From Candidatus Latescibacterota bacterium (GTDB lineage: Bacteria; Latescibacterota; UBA2968; UBA8231), in contig CBDETY010000003.1 in NCBI GenBank assembly GCA_965243025.1, positions 1,280,001 to 1,344,000 on the forward strand: a stretch of 64,000 nucleotides of DNA. Reading direction: 5' to 3'. Shown one piece after another: positions 9,929-20,300 of the stretch. The notes below the pieces were generated by a model, which was not told where the DNA came from, did not search any database, and saw nothing but the letters and a program-made list of their open reading frames with translations. The translations under genes were made by a program, and so were the position numbers. Numbering within the stretch: the first letter of the stretch is position 1; every line of letters begins with the position of its first letter.

Positions 9929-11695
9929 TCAATCGTCGAAGACGTCCACGGTGGTGCGGCCCTCGGCGAAACGCATCGCCGTGGTCGTCGCCGATCCGCT
10001 TTCCGCGTTGGTGCGGATGTCGGTGGCGTAGCGGGCGAGGGCGACCAGCAGTTGAGCACGGGAGGGATGTCCGGCCCCGGCCGCCGCATCACCGGATCCG
10101 CCGGCTTCCCACTCTTCCCAGATGGTTCCCAGGGTCGGCAGCAGCTCCGGCCCGGTATCGTTCCAGAGGATCAGGCGTCCGAGCTCATGGAGAAGCCGGT
10201 TGCCGTCGCAGCCGGCCCGCAGACAGGCGAGGACCTGGTCTCCGACATCGGCGACCTGCAGGGTCTCGACCGACCTCGAGATGGCAGCGATGCCTTCCCC
10301 CTCGTTTCTCCAGATGTGCTCACGGGCATATTCGGGAGCCTGGCCGAGGGGGCGCGCGGGTATGTTGAGCCAGCGGTCGTCGAACAGCTGCCAGGCGAGG
10401 TGAAACAGTCCCATGACGGCGACGCGGTCCCCGGCTTGGGCACGGGCAGCCCTCAGCGACCGGGCGAGATTCAGCTCCCGGGTCAGGCACTCCCAGCCGG
10501 CGTCGACGTTGACGGGGGTGCGTGCCATGCGGTCCGCCGCGAGCAGGACGAAGGTAGTTATCAACCGTTCCAGGCGGACCCCGGAGGCCAGGGCGGCGGC
10601 GATGGCGTCGAAGGAGCGGTCGATGTCCACGCTCGACACCGCGTCGACGAGGGCGTCTTCGTCGTATTCGTCCCGGGTGCCCTCCGTTTGCGCGGCCCTG
10701 TCGATCTCCGGCCTCAGGGAGATCATCTTTTCGATGGCGTCCCGTCTGAACAGCTGCGGCTCCCCCCGCCGCTGGCCGACGGTCTTGGCGCCGAGATTCA
10801 GGGTGAGCTCGGAGGCATGCTCCCAGCCGAAGGACCGCGTCAGCTCGGCGAGGTATCCCAGGGTCTGGAAATTGCCGCTGAACCCGAGAAAACCGGGCTG
10901 CGCCGCGCATTCGTACAGCAGGGGGAGGATACCGCCCTCTTCCCCCTTTGCCCTCGCCGTGAACAGGCACCTCTCGATCCGGTTTTCCTGGCCGTTGCGG
11001 GAGAAGAGCCGCACCCATCCGGCAATGCGGTCCCAGGCGACCGGTTCGGGCAGGGTGACCACCTCGAGGCGTTCGGCCGCCTCTCCGGCGGCGCTGGTCG
11101 CCGCGGTTGCCAGTGCCATCAGGCGGTCCTCGCCCCCGTAGCGCCGTCCGATGGCGATCCCGTTGACGAAGCGGGCGAGATCGACCCCGGCGCCGGCGTC
11201 CCGCGAGCTCGCCACGTGCCTGCCGAAATGCCTGAGGATGACGGCGACGATGTCGCTTTCCGGCACCTCCCCGCGCAGCATCAGGGCGATCGCCTTTGAA
11301 ATCGTCCAGCGGTCCTCGTGCAGGAGCCCTTCCCGCAACAGCCGCAGGTGCTGCTCCCGGCGGCGGTAGGCGCCGTCTCCCGGGCGTATCCAGATCTCCT
11401 CGCCGCGCAGCTCCACCGGGAAGACCTCGAGATCGTCGCACATGTTGTTGAAACAGCCGCCCCCCTCGAGGTCGAAGCGGCGGCCGTGCCAGTCGCAGGT
11501 CAGCACGCCGTTGCGGACAACTCCGCGAGTCAGGGGGTATCCCATGTGGGGACACTGGTTGTCGGTGGCGAAAATGCGGCCGTCGACGTTGAAAAGGGCG
11601 ATGCTGCGCCCTTCACCGACCCGGACCGCCTTCGCATCTCCCGGCTCCAGCTCTTCGAGGGTTGCTACCTTGTTCCAGCCGTCTGTCGTTTCCAT
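9929..11695 (-). CDS. Rieske [2Fe-2S] domain protein with long helical C-terminal region (paralog 1)
   Basis: CPHMG...CDWHG. Full-length similarity to the downstream gene (LLAADRMARTPV, FDDRWLNI shared). Confidence 0.85.
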   Translation of the reverse strand: METTDGWNKVATLEELEPGDAKAVRVGEGRSIALFNVDGRIFATDNQCPHMGYPLTRGVVRNGVLTCDWHGRRFDLEGGGCFNNMCDDLEVFPVELRGEEIWIRPGDGAYRRREQHLRLLREGLLHEDRWTISKAIALMLRGEVPESDIVAVILRHFGRHVASSRDAGAGVDLARFVNGIAIGRRYGGEDRLMALATAATSAAGEAAERLEVVTLPEPVAWDRIAGWVRLFSRNGQENRIERCLFTARAKGEEGGILPLLYECAAQPGFLGFSGNFQTLGYLAELTRSFGWEHASELTLNLGAKTVGQRRGEPQLFRRDAIEKMISLRPEIDRAAQTEGTRDEYDEDALVDAVSSVDIDRSFDAIAAALASGVRLERLITTFVLLAADRMARTPVNVDAGWECLTRELNLARSLRAARAQAGDRVAVMGLFHLAWQLFDDRWLNIPARPLGQAPEYAREHIWRNEGEGIAAISRSVETLQVADVGDQVLACLRAGCDGNRLLHELGRLILWNDTGPELLPTLGTIWEEWEAGGSGDAAAGAGHPSRAQLLVALARYATDIRTNAESGSATTTAMRFAEGRTTVDVFDD

Positions 11696-11746
11696 TCCCT
11701 TCTTTCGAGCCCGGCCGATGGCGGCGCGGGATGGCGTGCGGAGGAA

Positions 11747-12655
11747 TTACCTGGCCGCCTTGACCCCGGGCATGGCCGGAAGGTAGGACTGGCGGCGGCG
11801 GTTTCCCGTCGTCCACGCCGCATCGGCGGGGCGGTGCTCCTCGAGCCAGTCGCGCAGCGGGGCTTCTCCCTGTTCCGGCGCGTACGTGCTGTTGTTGCTC
11901 GGGTTGTCGCGGAGCAGCTGCCCCCGGATCGGGTCGAGACCTTGGTAGAGGTGTTCGACGGTCATGTTGTCCTTGGGCAGCAGCCAGCGGTAGCTGTAGC
12001 CCATCATCAGCATCTTGCGCGTCTCGTGCCAGCTGTTGAAGCTGCGGCTGTGCCAGATGCGGCGGTCGATGATGACGGAGGTGCCGGGAGGCACGCACAG
12101 GGGAATCGCACCGTCGGGGCTGGATCGGCCGTCCTCGGGAACGTCGATTTCGTCGTGCAGGTGAGATCCCGGGACGATGAGAGTGTTGCCGCGGCCGGTC
12201 TCCGACATGTCGCTGATGAAAAAGAACACCTTGAGCGAAAGGCGGGGGCGCGGTGTCGCCTCGATTTCGTCGTTCACCCTCATGCTGTCCTGGTGCCAGG
12301 CAACGGTGGCAGCCGATGGCGGCCGTTCCGGATCGCCCGGCGGGGTCATCAACAGGCCGGAATGGTAGATGCAGATGTTCCAGCCGAGTATTCCCCAGAC
12401 CTTGGGGAAGGTGGTCTCCCAGTCGACGAGTTCGAGAAACAGCGGGTCCTGGCCGATGATGTCGGGAATGTCGACGGGATCGTGGGGTCCGAACCCGTGG
12501 TGGCGCCGCTTCTCGGCGATCAGGCGGTCGCAGGCGTGCCTCAGGGCCTCGGTGCGGTCGGGCGGCAGGGCTTCGGGAATGACGAGGTACCCCTGTTCCT
12601 CGAACCGGGTGCGCTCCGCATCGGTGAGGCAATGGGCCAGGCAGGAGGAATTCAT
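11747..12655 (-). CDS. PhyH-family dioxygenase
   Basis: FEEQGYLVIP, WHQDS, IVPGSH and IWHSRS motifs. Confidence 0.85.
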   Translation of the reverse strand: MNSSCLAHCLTDAERTRFEEQGYLVIPEALPPDRTEALRHACDRLIAEKRRHHGFGPHDPVDIPDIIGQDPLFLELVDWETTFPKVWGILGWNICIYHSGLLMTPPGDPERPPSAATVAWHQDSMRVNDEIEATPRPRLSLKVFFFISDMSETGRGNTLIVPGSHLHDEIDVPEDGRSSPDGAIPLCVPPGTSVIIDRRIWHSRSFNSWHETRKMLMMGYSYRWLLPKDNMTVEHLYQGLDPIRGQLLRDNPSNNSTYAPEQGEAPLRDWLEEHRPADAAWTTGNRRRQSYLPAMPGVKAAR

Positions 12656-12970
12656 GAGCAGGAAAATAGAACCTTTGAAGGGCAATCCAAAAGGCGTCCC
12701 GCGAGCGCGGCCGCCGCGGTTGGAAAAAAGTGGTTCAGTTCCCCCGCGGGTTCCACTCGTTCGTCCCGGGGGGGAGGTGCGGTCCATGCACCGGCCGCCC
12801 GCGGGTGCCTCCGACTGCGGCTGCCGGGGGCCAACAGCCGTCGGAAACGACCTCTGCCGGGGTCAGCCCCGGCTCGCTCCAGCAGATTGCGAAGAGGATT
12901 TTCCTTGGAATTGGCGCGAAACAGTGGTACCGTTGACACAGATGGTATCCTCTCTTCAAGGAGGTGTCTC

Positions 12971-13456
12971 ATGAAGAAGCGGATGCTGATGGCAGGCGTC
13001 GCTCTCGCTTTCGCGAGCGCGGCTTGGGGGCAGTGCCCGAGCTCCGACGTTCCGGCGCCCTCTCAGGCCACCGTCCAACCCTACGGAAGCCACCAAGAGC
13101 AGTTCATGCTGGTTTCGTGGGAGTCGGTCGAAGACGCGACGCGTTACACGATCTACTGGGAGGTTCCCGTCGACTACCAGGTCGATCCCAGTGGAGAGGT
13201 CGTCGAGCTCGACGAGCCGCGGGTTTCCTTCGTGCCGCTGGGCACGGTGGACGCCCTGCTCGACAGCGAGACGCAGAGCGCGGTCTTCGAGACCGGGGAT
13301 TCCGAGGCCACGGGCTGGGGCGTCACCGCCGACGTCGATGTCCACGGCCGTTGGGTTTCGTCCTCGATGACGACCGCCGCCTTGATCGCTCCGGAGACCA
13401 CCACCGCTGTCGAGGCGGTGAGCTGGGCCGAGGTCAAGGCAACGGCCTCCGAGTAG
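12971..13456 (+). CDS. Small secreted protein with C-terminal TAVEAVSWAEVK tail
   Basis: GGAGG RBS, signal peptide MKKRMLMAGVALAFASAAWG, terminator downstream. Confidence 0.75.
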   Translation: MKKRMLMAGVALAFASAAWGQCPSSDVPAPSQATVQPYGSHQEQFMLVSWESVEDATRYTIYWEVPVDYQVDPSGEVVELDEPRVSFVPLGTVDALLDSETQSAVFETGDSEATGWGVTADVDVHGRWVSSSMTTAALIAPETTTAVEAVSWAEVKATASE

Positions 13457-13478
13457 GCCTGCCACATCTGAAGCAGCG

Positions 13479-13513
13479 ACCCCGTCGAGCCCGGCTCGGC
13501 GGGGTTTTTTTTT
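13479..13513 (+). terminator. Rho-independent terminator between convergent genes
   Basis: CCCGTCGAGC-CCG-GCTCGGCGGG stem followed by a T-run. Confidence 0.75.
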
Positions 13514-15316
13514 ACAGGCCGAGCGACCTGCTGCCGGTCCGGGTGAGGCGAGCCGCCGTCCACCCCGGTTCCCAGGTAAAGTCGACGATGCACTCGCGAA
13601 CCCCGTCCACCGCGAGCACGCGGTCGCGGATGGGGTTGCCGATGAACCGGTATTTCGGGCGGCCGCGGTGGGGCATCGTCATCAGGATGCGGACCACTCC
13701 GCCGTCGACGCGCAGATCGTAGATGTACCCCATGTCGACCACGTTGCTGTCGATCCTCCCGAGCTGGTCGTCTTCCACCTGGCGCAAAGCATCCCATACG
13801 GAGCGTTTGAGCGCGAGGTCGGCGGCCCCGGCAGGGGTCAGGCCGGTCTCTCCGGGGCGCCCCAACCTCCCGTTCGCAGCCGCCTCGACCTCCGGCAGTT
13901 CTCCTTCCGAAACCAGGAGGGGATTCAGCAGTCGTCGGCGCAGATCCTGAACGATCTCGCGTCCGTTTTGCTCTGGATAATGCGAGGCGAAGTAGGCGTT
14001 CTTCTGAAAGAGCGCCGATCCCTCTCTCATCTCCGTCCTGCCCTGGATGGCGGCGCGGCACCAGATCTGGCCGCGGCCGAAATAGCTGAGGTTGGGAGGG
14101 CCGCCGTGGTTCAGGGGGCCGCAGTTTTCCGACCGGTGCTCCAGCCACAGGGCAATGAAGGCGTCGCGGCTTTCGCGGCGGAAGAATCCGGCGCCCCACT
14201 GGTCGTTCTCGCGGGAAGCCGGAACCTCCCCTTCGTGCAGATTGCCCTCGCCGTCGATCCAGACCGAGTCGCTGAAAGGCATCCCGTAGAACAGCCATTC
14301 GTCGTCGCGCACCACGTTGGTCTCGAAGGGCCCCAGCGCATCCATGCGGCTCTCCTTGAGGAACCAGGGAAGCCCGGCGTAGAAGGTGTAGGTCAGGTCC
14401 ATGTGCAGCCGGCTCGGGGTGAACACCGGGTGCAGGGGAGACCGGGGGAACCCCCAGCGTCGAACCTGCACGCACAAAGGGCCGCCGATGACCTCGTAGT
14501 TGGGGCAGCGGGACCAGCCGGTGACGCGGAACTTCTGGTAGTTGCCGGAAGCCATGTAGTCGTGACCCCAGTCGATTCCCGGTGGCTCCCCATGCCCTTC
14601 TCCTCCGGTGTTCAGCTCCAGCGGGCGCCGTAGGGCACGGTGCCGAAACCGCGCCTGAACTGCAACCGCTGCAACTGCCCGTTCTGGGGGGAGAGGTGAG
14701 CGGTGAAGTGGTTGCTGGCGATGCTGAGGCCGAACTCCTCGCCGCTGACCGAAAGGTCGGATGGGTACTCCGGCAACTCGGCGTCCGGGTTGCCGTACAG
14801 AACCAGGAACCGGACGCGGCCGTTGGCCGGCGTATCGACCTGGAGCAGCAGCCGGCAGCTTCGCAGCCCGCCATCGAGAGCCTCCCGGCAGACCTGGCTC
14901 GGAACTTCGCCCAGGGTTGCGCTTTCGTCGTCGATCCTGGCGACGCGAAGCTCGCGGCGCAGATCGGTAACCTGGTCCGCGGCAAACTCGACGACGGTTT
15001 CGACAGGCTCCCTCGATCTGCCCAGGCCGGCGCTCTCGACGATCTCCAGCACCTTGTAGAAAGCCCAACCCCGGGCCCAGTCCGCCCAGGGGCCAGGCAG
15101 CTCGGCTACGCGCCCGAAGTTCGGGGCCGGGGACGAGACCGCTTCGCTGGCGCCGTGACCGGACACGCGCCGCTGGCGTTCGAAGCCGACGGTATCCTTG
15201 ATCGACTCCGCCAGCGACATGGCGACGTCGAGATTCCCCTCGCGGTGAGCCGTCGCCAGGAGCCTGATCTTCCCCTCGACGCTGTCGGTGCGGTGGCGGT
15301 ATTCGGTCTCCTGCAT
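13512..15316 (-). pseudogene. ~600-aa protein with C-terminal DUF59/FeS-assembly (SufT/PaaD-like) domain, split by one frameshift near 14625
   Basis: ORF 14612-15316 continues in another frame (FGTVPYG|..PLELNTGGEGHGEPPGIDW). C-terminus VWDALRQVED...VVDMGYIYDL...FTWEPGWT is DUF59-like. Confidence 0.65.
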
Positions 15317-15430
15317 TCCTCTGCCTCCTGGTCTGGATCTCCGGCCCGAAGGTGCTTCGGCACCCCTGAACCAGGCGTTTCAACGCGGGTGGTGGAATCG
15401 AAGGATCGAACCGACCCGGTCTCGGGCAGG

Positions 15431-16462
15431 CTACGAATTAATGCAGGACTCTGCTTCGGCCACGTCGTCGGCGCTGCCGATAATCAGCGGAGTCCGCTGG
15501 TGCAGGCTCTCCGGAACGAGATCGAGTATGCGCGTTGTTCCGGTCGAGGCCCGTCCCCCGGCCTGCTCGACGACGAACGCGAGCGGCGCCGCCTCGTACA
15601 GCAGCCGCAGCTTGCCGTTTTCCGATTCCCGATCCCCGGGATAGAGGAAGACCCCCCCCTTGAGCAGGTTGCGATGGAAATCCGATACCAGGGAACCTAT
15701 GTAGCGCGCCGAGTAGGGGCGGCCCCTCGACTTGTCATTCGCCTTCAGACTGCTGACGTAGTTGCGGACTCCGGGAAACCACTTGTCGGCGTTTCCCTCG
15801 TTGACGCTGTAGATCTTGCCGCGGGAGGGGATGCGGATGTTCTGGTGTGAGAGCAGGAACTCGCCCAGGGTCGGGTCCAGGGTGAATCCGTGGGTGCCCC
15901 GCCCGGTCGTGTACACCAGCATCGTGCTCGAGCCGTAGATGATGTAGCCGGCGCACACCTGGTCGGTGCCGCGTCTCAGGAAGTCCTTTTCGATGGGGCG
16001 CCGCCTTCTTCCCAGGCGCTTGTGGCGGTAGATGGAGAAGATGGTCCCGATACTGACGTTGACGTCGATGTTGGAGGAGCCGTCGACAGGATCGAAAACG
16101 AGGAGGTAATCGCCGCTGGGATGCCTGGCGGGGATGGTGTAGACGTCGTCCATCTCCTCGGACGCCATCCCGGCGAGGTGGCCGGTGTGGTCGGTGGCAT
16201 GGATAATCGTGGAATTGGCGAATTCGTCCATTTGCTGGACTTCCTCGCCGTGGACGTTGACCCTCCCGGTCAGGCCCATCACCTGCGCCAGCCCCGCCTT
16301 GTTGACCTCCCGGGCGATCAGTTTTCCGGCTATGGCCAGGGCCTGCAACAACTCGGAGAATCCTCCCCTGGCCTCGGGAAACCGGTGCTGCTCTTCGGTA
16401 ATGAACCTGTGGAGAGTGGTTCCCCTTTCCATTCCCGGGAGCGGCTGGGGTGAAGTCGCCAT
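15431..16462 (-). CDS. fbp: Fructose-1,6-bisphosphatase class 1
   Basis: FDPVDGSSNIDVNVSIGTIF, RYIGSLVSDFHRNLLKGG and GKLRLLYEAAP motifs. Confidence 0.96.
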   Translation of the reverse strand: MATSPQPLPGMERGTTLHRFITEEQHRFPEARGGFSELLQALAIAGKLIAREVNKAGLAQVMGLTGRVNVHGEEVQQMDEFANSTIIHATDHTGHLAGMASEEMDDVYTIPARHPSGDYLLVFDPVDGSSNIDVNVSIGTIFSIYRHKRLGRRRRPIEKDFLRRGTDQVCAGYIIYGSSTMLVYTTGRGTHGFTLDPTLGEFLLSHQNIRIPSRGKIYSVNEGNADKWFPGVRNYVSSLKANDKSRGRPYSARYIGSLVSDFHRNLLKGGVFLYPGDRESENGKLRLLYEAAPLAFVVEQAGGRASTGTTRILDLVPESLHQRTPLIIGSADDVAEAESCINS

Positions 16463-16574
16463 ATGTCAGGATCCCTTCCGGGCGAACAAGAAACGGTCGG
16501 AGCAGACGGGGTCAAGGCAGACCCCGGTGGAAGCCGGTTCCCTCTCAAACTTCAGCGAGCGCGGCCTCCCCGGG

Positions 16575-17588
16575 TCAAAGCTCCGCGGCGAGAACCCACA
16601 TCGGTTTCTCTCCCACCTCGTAGCTTTCGAGAAAGGTGAGAATCCCGGAACCTCGGTCGATTCCATAAGCCGACATCCTGCCGCTGTCGACGCCTGCGGC
16701 GAAGACGAACTTTCCCTGCGGGTCCACGTCGAAACCGCGCACGTGGGGTTCGGTGGCCGCTCTGCCGATGAGGGTGAGCTTCCCGGAAGCCGGGTCGATG
16801 GCGAAGCAGGCGACCGTATCGTGGCCGCGGTTCGGGGCGTAGAGGAATTCTCCCGAAGGGTGAACGCGCAGCTGGGCGGTGGTGTTCCCGGCCGGGTCGA
16901 AATCCGGGGGCAACGTCGAGACCGTCTGGAAGGGCGGGGACAGACGGCCGTCCCCGGCGACCCGGTACGCCGAAATGCTGTTCCCCTGCTCATCGGTCGT
17001 GTACATCACGTCGAGGCCGGGATGGAAGCGGATGTGCCGCGGGCCTGTCCGCGTGGGAGGGACAAGGATTCCGAGATCCTGCAGGGCGAATTCGCCGGTC
17101 TCCCCATCGTAGGCGTACTGGAAGATGGCGTTCTGGGTTATGCAGTGGGGCACGTACACCCAGCGGTTGCCGGGATGTACCTGGACGGAATGCGCTCCCC
17201 GGATCGTATGGACCGTACAGGCCGCGGGGGCGACGAGGGCCCCGTCATCGCCGACGCGGTAGCTGCTGGCGCGGGCGCCCCCGTTGCTCGAGGTGAGCAT
17301 GAACCTGCCGGTGGCGTCGGAAGTCGCGTACACGGAATCCGACTCTTCCCGGATCGTCCCGAGAAGATCCAGGGAGCCGTCGCCCCGGTCGATGGCAAGG
17401 CTCGCCAGCCGGCCGGCCCTGCGCAGGACCACGTAGAGGAACCGTTTCCCCGGCGCGATGGCGATGGCGGCAGGTCCACCTTCAATGGGAGTCCGACGGG
17501 CGAGGCGGAGGGCGCCGGTTTCACTGTCCAGGGAGTAGACGTCTACCCTGTCCTCATCCATGATCGAGACGTATACGTAGCAGGCCAT
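16575..17588 (-). CDS. pgl: 6-phosphogluconolactonase / lactonase beta-propeller family
   Basis: GAHSV, GPRHIRFHP and LYAPNRGHDT motifs. Confidence 0.8.
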   Translation of the reverse strand: MACYVYVSIMDEDRVDVYSLDSETGALRLARRTPIEGGPAAIAIAPGKRFLYVVLRRAGRLASLAIDRGDGSLDLLGTIREESDSVYATSDATGRFMLTSSNGGARASSYRVGDDGALVAPAACTVHTIRGAHSVQVHPGNRWVYVPHCITQNAIFQYAYDGETGEFALQDLGILVPPTRTGPRHIRFHPGLDVMYTTDEQGNSISAYRVAGDGRLSPPFQTVSTLPPDFDPAGNTTAQLRVHPSGEFLYAPNRGHDTVACFAIDPASGKLTLIGRAATEPHVRGFDVDPQGKFVFAAGVDSGRMSAYGIDRGSGILTFLESYEVGEKPMWVLAAEL

Positions 17589-17800
17589 CCTGTCTCCTGT
17601 GTTTCGGGGTTGTCGTCGGCGAGCAACCTACGGGAAACCTCGTCAAGGAACCAACGCGGCAGGCTGAGCCTCGACACGAGTTCACGGGGAAGCCGGCCGG
17701 AAAGGGATTCGGCTCCATTTCCATTCCATCCCGGATGGGTTGCAACCACGGGCGCACATGAGGTTTTTTCAAAGCAACCCGAAACTGAACGGAAGGTGAG

Positions 17801-18985
17801 ATGAAAAAAGAAACATACAGGGTCGCCGTCCTCGGGTGCCGGGGCCGGGGCGGGGCAGCTGCGCGCGCCTACTTCGCGCATCCGCGCACCGAACTGGTCG
17901 GCCTTTGCGACCTGGTGGCGGAACGCCGCGATCGACTGGGAGAGGAGCTGGGAGTCGGGGCCCGCTACGAGGACCTCGACGCCATGATCGGGGAGACTTC
18001 CCCCGACATCGTCGCCATTCCGACGGGAACCGAGTTCCACCACGACCTCGCAATGCGGGTGCTCGACCACGGCGTCCACATCGATATCGAGAAGCCGTTG
18101 TGCGTCGACCTGGAAGAGGGGGACGAGGTTGTCGCCAGGGCCGCCGAAAAGGGGGTGCGAACAGCGGTACACCACCAGGGCCGGACCGGAGCAACCATGC
18201 GCGCCATCGCCAACGCCCTTGCGGAAGGGCGCATAGGGGAGGTGCAGCACCTGCACGGATACGGCAAGGGGTACTACGGCGGCTACGGGCTGATGAACAT
18301 CGGCACCCACATGATCAACATGACCCTGAAGGTGGCCGGGCACTGCCGGGCCGTCTCCGCGGCGGCGATGACGGGCGGAAGCCCGATCGCTCCCGAGGAC
18401 GTGCTGCGCTCCCCCCTCGGCATGGGCGTGATTGCCGGGGAACGTCTGAGCGCCATCCTCGAATTCGACCGCGGGGTTACCGCGACCCTGCTCCACCACC
18501 GCTACCCGGAACGGGTAACCCCGATGATCGAAATCGCCGGGAGCGAAGGCCGCCTGATGGTCGAGAGCCTGCTGTACAGGAAGGACCGCCGGAACGCCCT
18601 CTGCCTGGCGGCGCGGTACTTCACTCCCGGCCTCCATGAATGGGAAGAACTCGAACCGGTGCTGCCTCCCGGATTCGACCCGGACGGGCCCGCCGATACC
18701 GAGGATTTCTGGTTCGTGGAGGAGTACGTGTCAGCCCTCGACGAGGGGCGCGACCACGAATGCAGCGGCGCCGAGGGGCTGCACGTACTGGAGGTCATGA
18801 TGGGGCTGTTCGAGTCGGCCGCGTACGGCCGCCGGATCGAGATTCCCCAGGAAGACCGGAGTCATCCCCTGCTGCGCTGGCGCCGGGAACACGGCCTCGA
18901 GGACCCCGGCCCCATGCCTAGGGACTACGGGGAATGGCTGGCGGCCGAAGACGAGCGGCTCGCCCGCAGGGACTCTGTCGCGTAA
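17801..18985 (+). CDS. Gfo/Idh/MocA oxidoreductase
   Basis: Rossmann VAVLGCRGRG, IEKPLC and GLMNIGTH motifs. Confidence 0.9.
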   Translation: MKKETYRVAVLGCRGRGGAAARAYFAHPRTELVGLCDLVAERRDRLGEELGVGARYEDLDAMIGETSPDIVAIPTGTEFHHDLAMRVLDHGVHIDIEKPLCVDLEEGDEVVARAAEKGVRTAVHHQGRTGATMRAIANALAEGRIGEVQHLHGYGKGYYGGYGLMNIGTHMINMTLKVAGHCRAVSAAAMTGGSPIAPEDVLRSPLGMGVIAGERLSAILEFDRGVTATLLHHRYPERVTPMIEIAGSEGRLMVESLLYRKDRRNALCLAARYFTPGLHEWEELEPVLPPGFDPDGPADTEDFWFVEEYVSALDEGRDHECSGAEGLHVLEVMMGLFESAAYGRRIEIPQEDRSHPLLRWRREHGLEDPGPMPRDYGEWLAAEDERLARRDSVA

Positions 18986-19073
18986 ACCCGGGTGGCAACC
19001 AGGCCGTGGATGGCGGACGGCAACGGCCGGATCAACTGCAGATCGCCGCCCGCAGGTACGGATGGCCGGGGGA

Positions 19074-19940
19074 TCAGGCCGCTTCGGGCAGGTTCTCCGG
19101 CATGTTCTCCAGCCTCGTCAGCCAGTAGTGGGCGTCGAAGTTCCCGTCGCCCGTCAGAAACCTCCACAGCTTGATCCTGTTGACGATCTCGAGGCGCCCG
19201 TCGGCCGCCTCGAACCAGGGTTCCTGCCGGTTGAGGATCGTCGGGATGCTGTCTTCCTCGTGGCTCGAGCCGCCGTAGATGATCTCCGGCGCCCCCCCTT
19301 CGTCAAGGTCGTCGGTGTTCCACAGCCGCAGCTGCCTCACCGCGGGGTTCAGGCGGATCTTGAACATGTAGCGGACCCGTTCGGTCCTGTTCTGGCGCCC
19401 GCAGTGCCAGATGCCGTGGTGGACGACCGCGAGGGTGCCGGCCCCGCACACCATCGGCAGCTGCCCGAGGAAGTTCTGGTAGCGGCCGACGTCGAGCTCG
19501 TTGACGCGGCGGAAGTGGCTTCCCGGCAGCAGCATGGTTCCCCCCATTTCCAGCGGCACGTCGTGCGGGAAGTACATCAGCTGGATGTCGAAGTGCATGC
19601 GCATGTCGATGATGGAGTCGCCGTGCAGTCCCTGGGCATGGCCTTCGTTCGGTTGGCGGACGTGAACGGCCTGATGGTCGAACAGGGGATCGGCCCCGAC
19701 CAGGCTCTGGATGATTCCGTGTATTTCCGGCATCCTCAGCATCTTCCCGACCGGAGAAGGGTCGGGGTAGCAATTCGACAACGGCGTGCCGGCGGGCTGG
19801 CTGGCAATGCCGCCCCCGTCGATCTCGGCGATCACCGCCCGGTTGATCTCGTCCGGTACGATTTCGTCGAACTGAAGCACCCCGCGGGCCGCGAATTCGG
19901 CCATCTGTTTCGAGTTGAGCAGGTACTGTTTGCCGGCCAT
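19074..19940 (-). CDS. PhyH-family dioxygenase
   Basis: LHGDS, GGTMLLPGSH and IWHCGR motifs. Start overlaps the upstream stop (TGATG). Confidence 0.85.
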   Translation of the reverse strand: MAGKQYLLNSKQMAEFAARGVLQFDEIVPDEINRAVIAEIDGGGIASQPAGTPLSNCYPDPSPVGKMLRMPEIHGIIQSLVGADPLFDHQAVHVRQPNEGHAQGLHGDSIIDMRMHFDIQLMYFPHDVPLEMGGTMLLPGSHFRRVNELDVGRYQNFLGQLPMVCGAGTLAVVHHGIWHCGRQNRTERVRYMFKIRLNPAVRQLRLWNTDDLDEGGAPEIIYGGSSHEEDSIPTILNRQEPWFEAADGRLEIVNRIKLWRFLTGDGNFDAHYWLTRLENMPENLPEAA

Positions 19941-20230
19941 CAGTCGATCTCCTCCAGTTTCTCGAAAATGAACTCGTTCTTTTGAAACGACGTGGTGTAC
20001 TCGGTGCCGGGGTAGGGGGGGATGAGCTGCGGGAACTGGATCACCCTCCACCCGTCGAGCAGGGCGTCGAGTCCGGTCTCGTACGGGGGTTCGGTGCTGT
20101 CGCCGGTGGTGTGGTGTCCCTTGCCCGTACCGTCGTAAAAAGTCCATCCCTTGACCGGGCTGTCGAGCGCCGAGTAGGACAAGTAGAGAATCATCACCTT
20201 CTGTCTGCGCTCCGGCATCTCCTTCTCCAT
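19940..20230 (-). CDS. Small hypothetical protein
   Basis: Protein-like composition and translational coupling to the PhyH gene. Confidence 0.7.
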   Translation of the reverse strand: MEKEMPERRQKVMILYLSYSALDSPVKGWTFYDGTGKGHHTTGDSTEPPYETGLDALLDGWRVIQFPQLIPPYPGTEYTTSFQKNEFIFEKLEEID

Positions 20231-20300
20231 CCCCCAACTGGTTGGGATCCAGCGGTCCGTCTCCTGTTCCCTAAATGATAAGCACTCCCGGTCAGGGCCG

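Noticed and set aside
45-10368. Long ORFs such as 45-1055 (+), 2949-5087 (-), 5915-7711 (+) and 8035-10368 (+)
   Set aside because: Antisense shadows of real genes in high-GC DNA, with no recognisable motifs.
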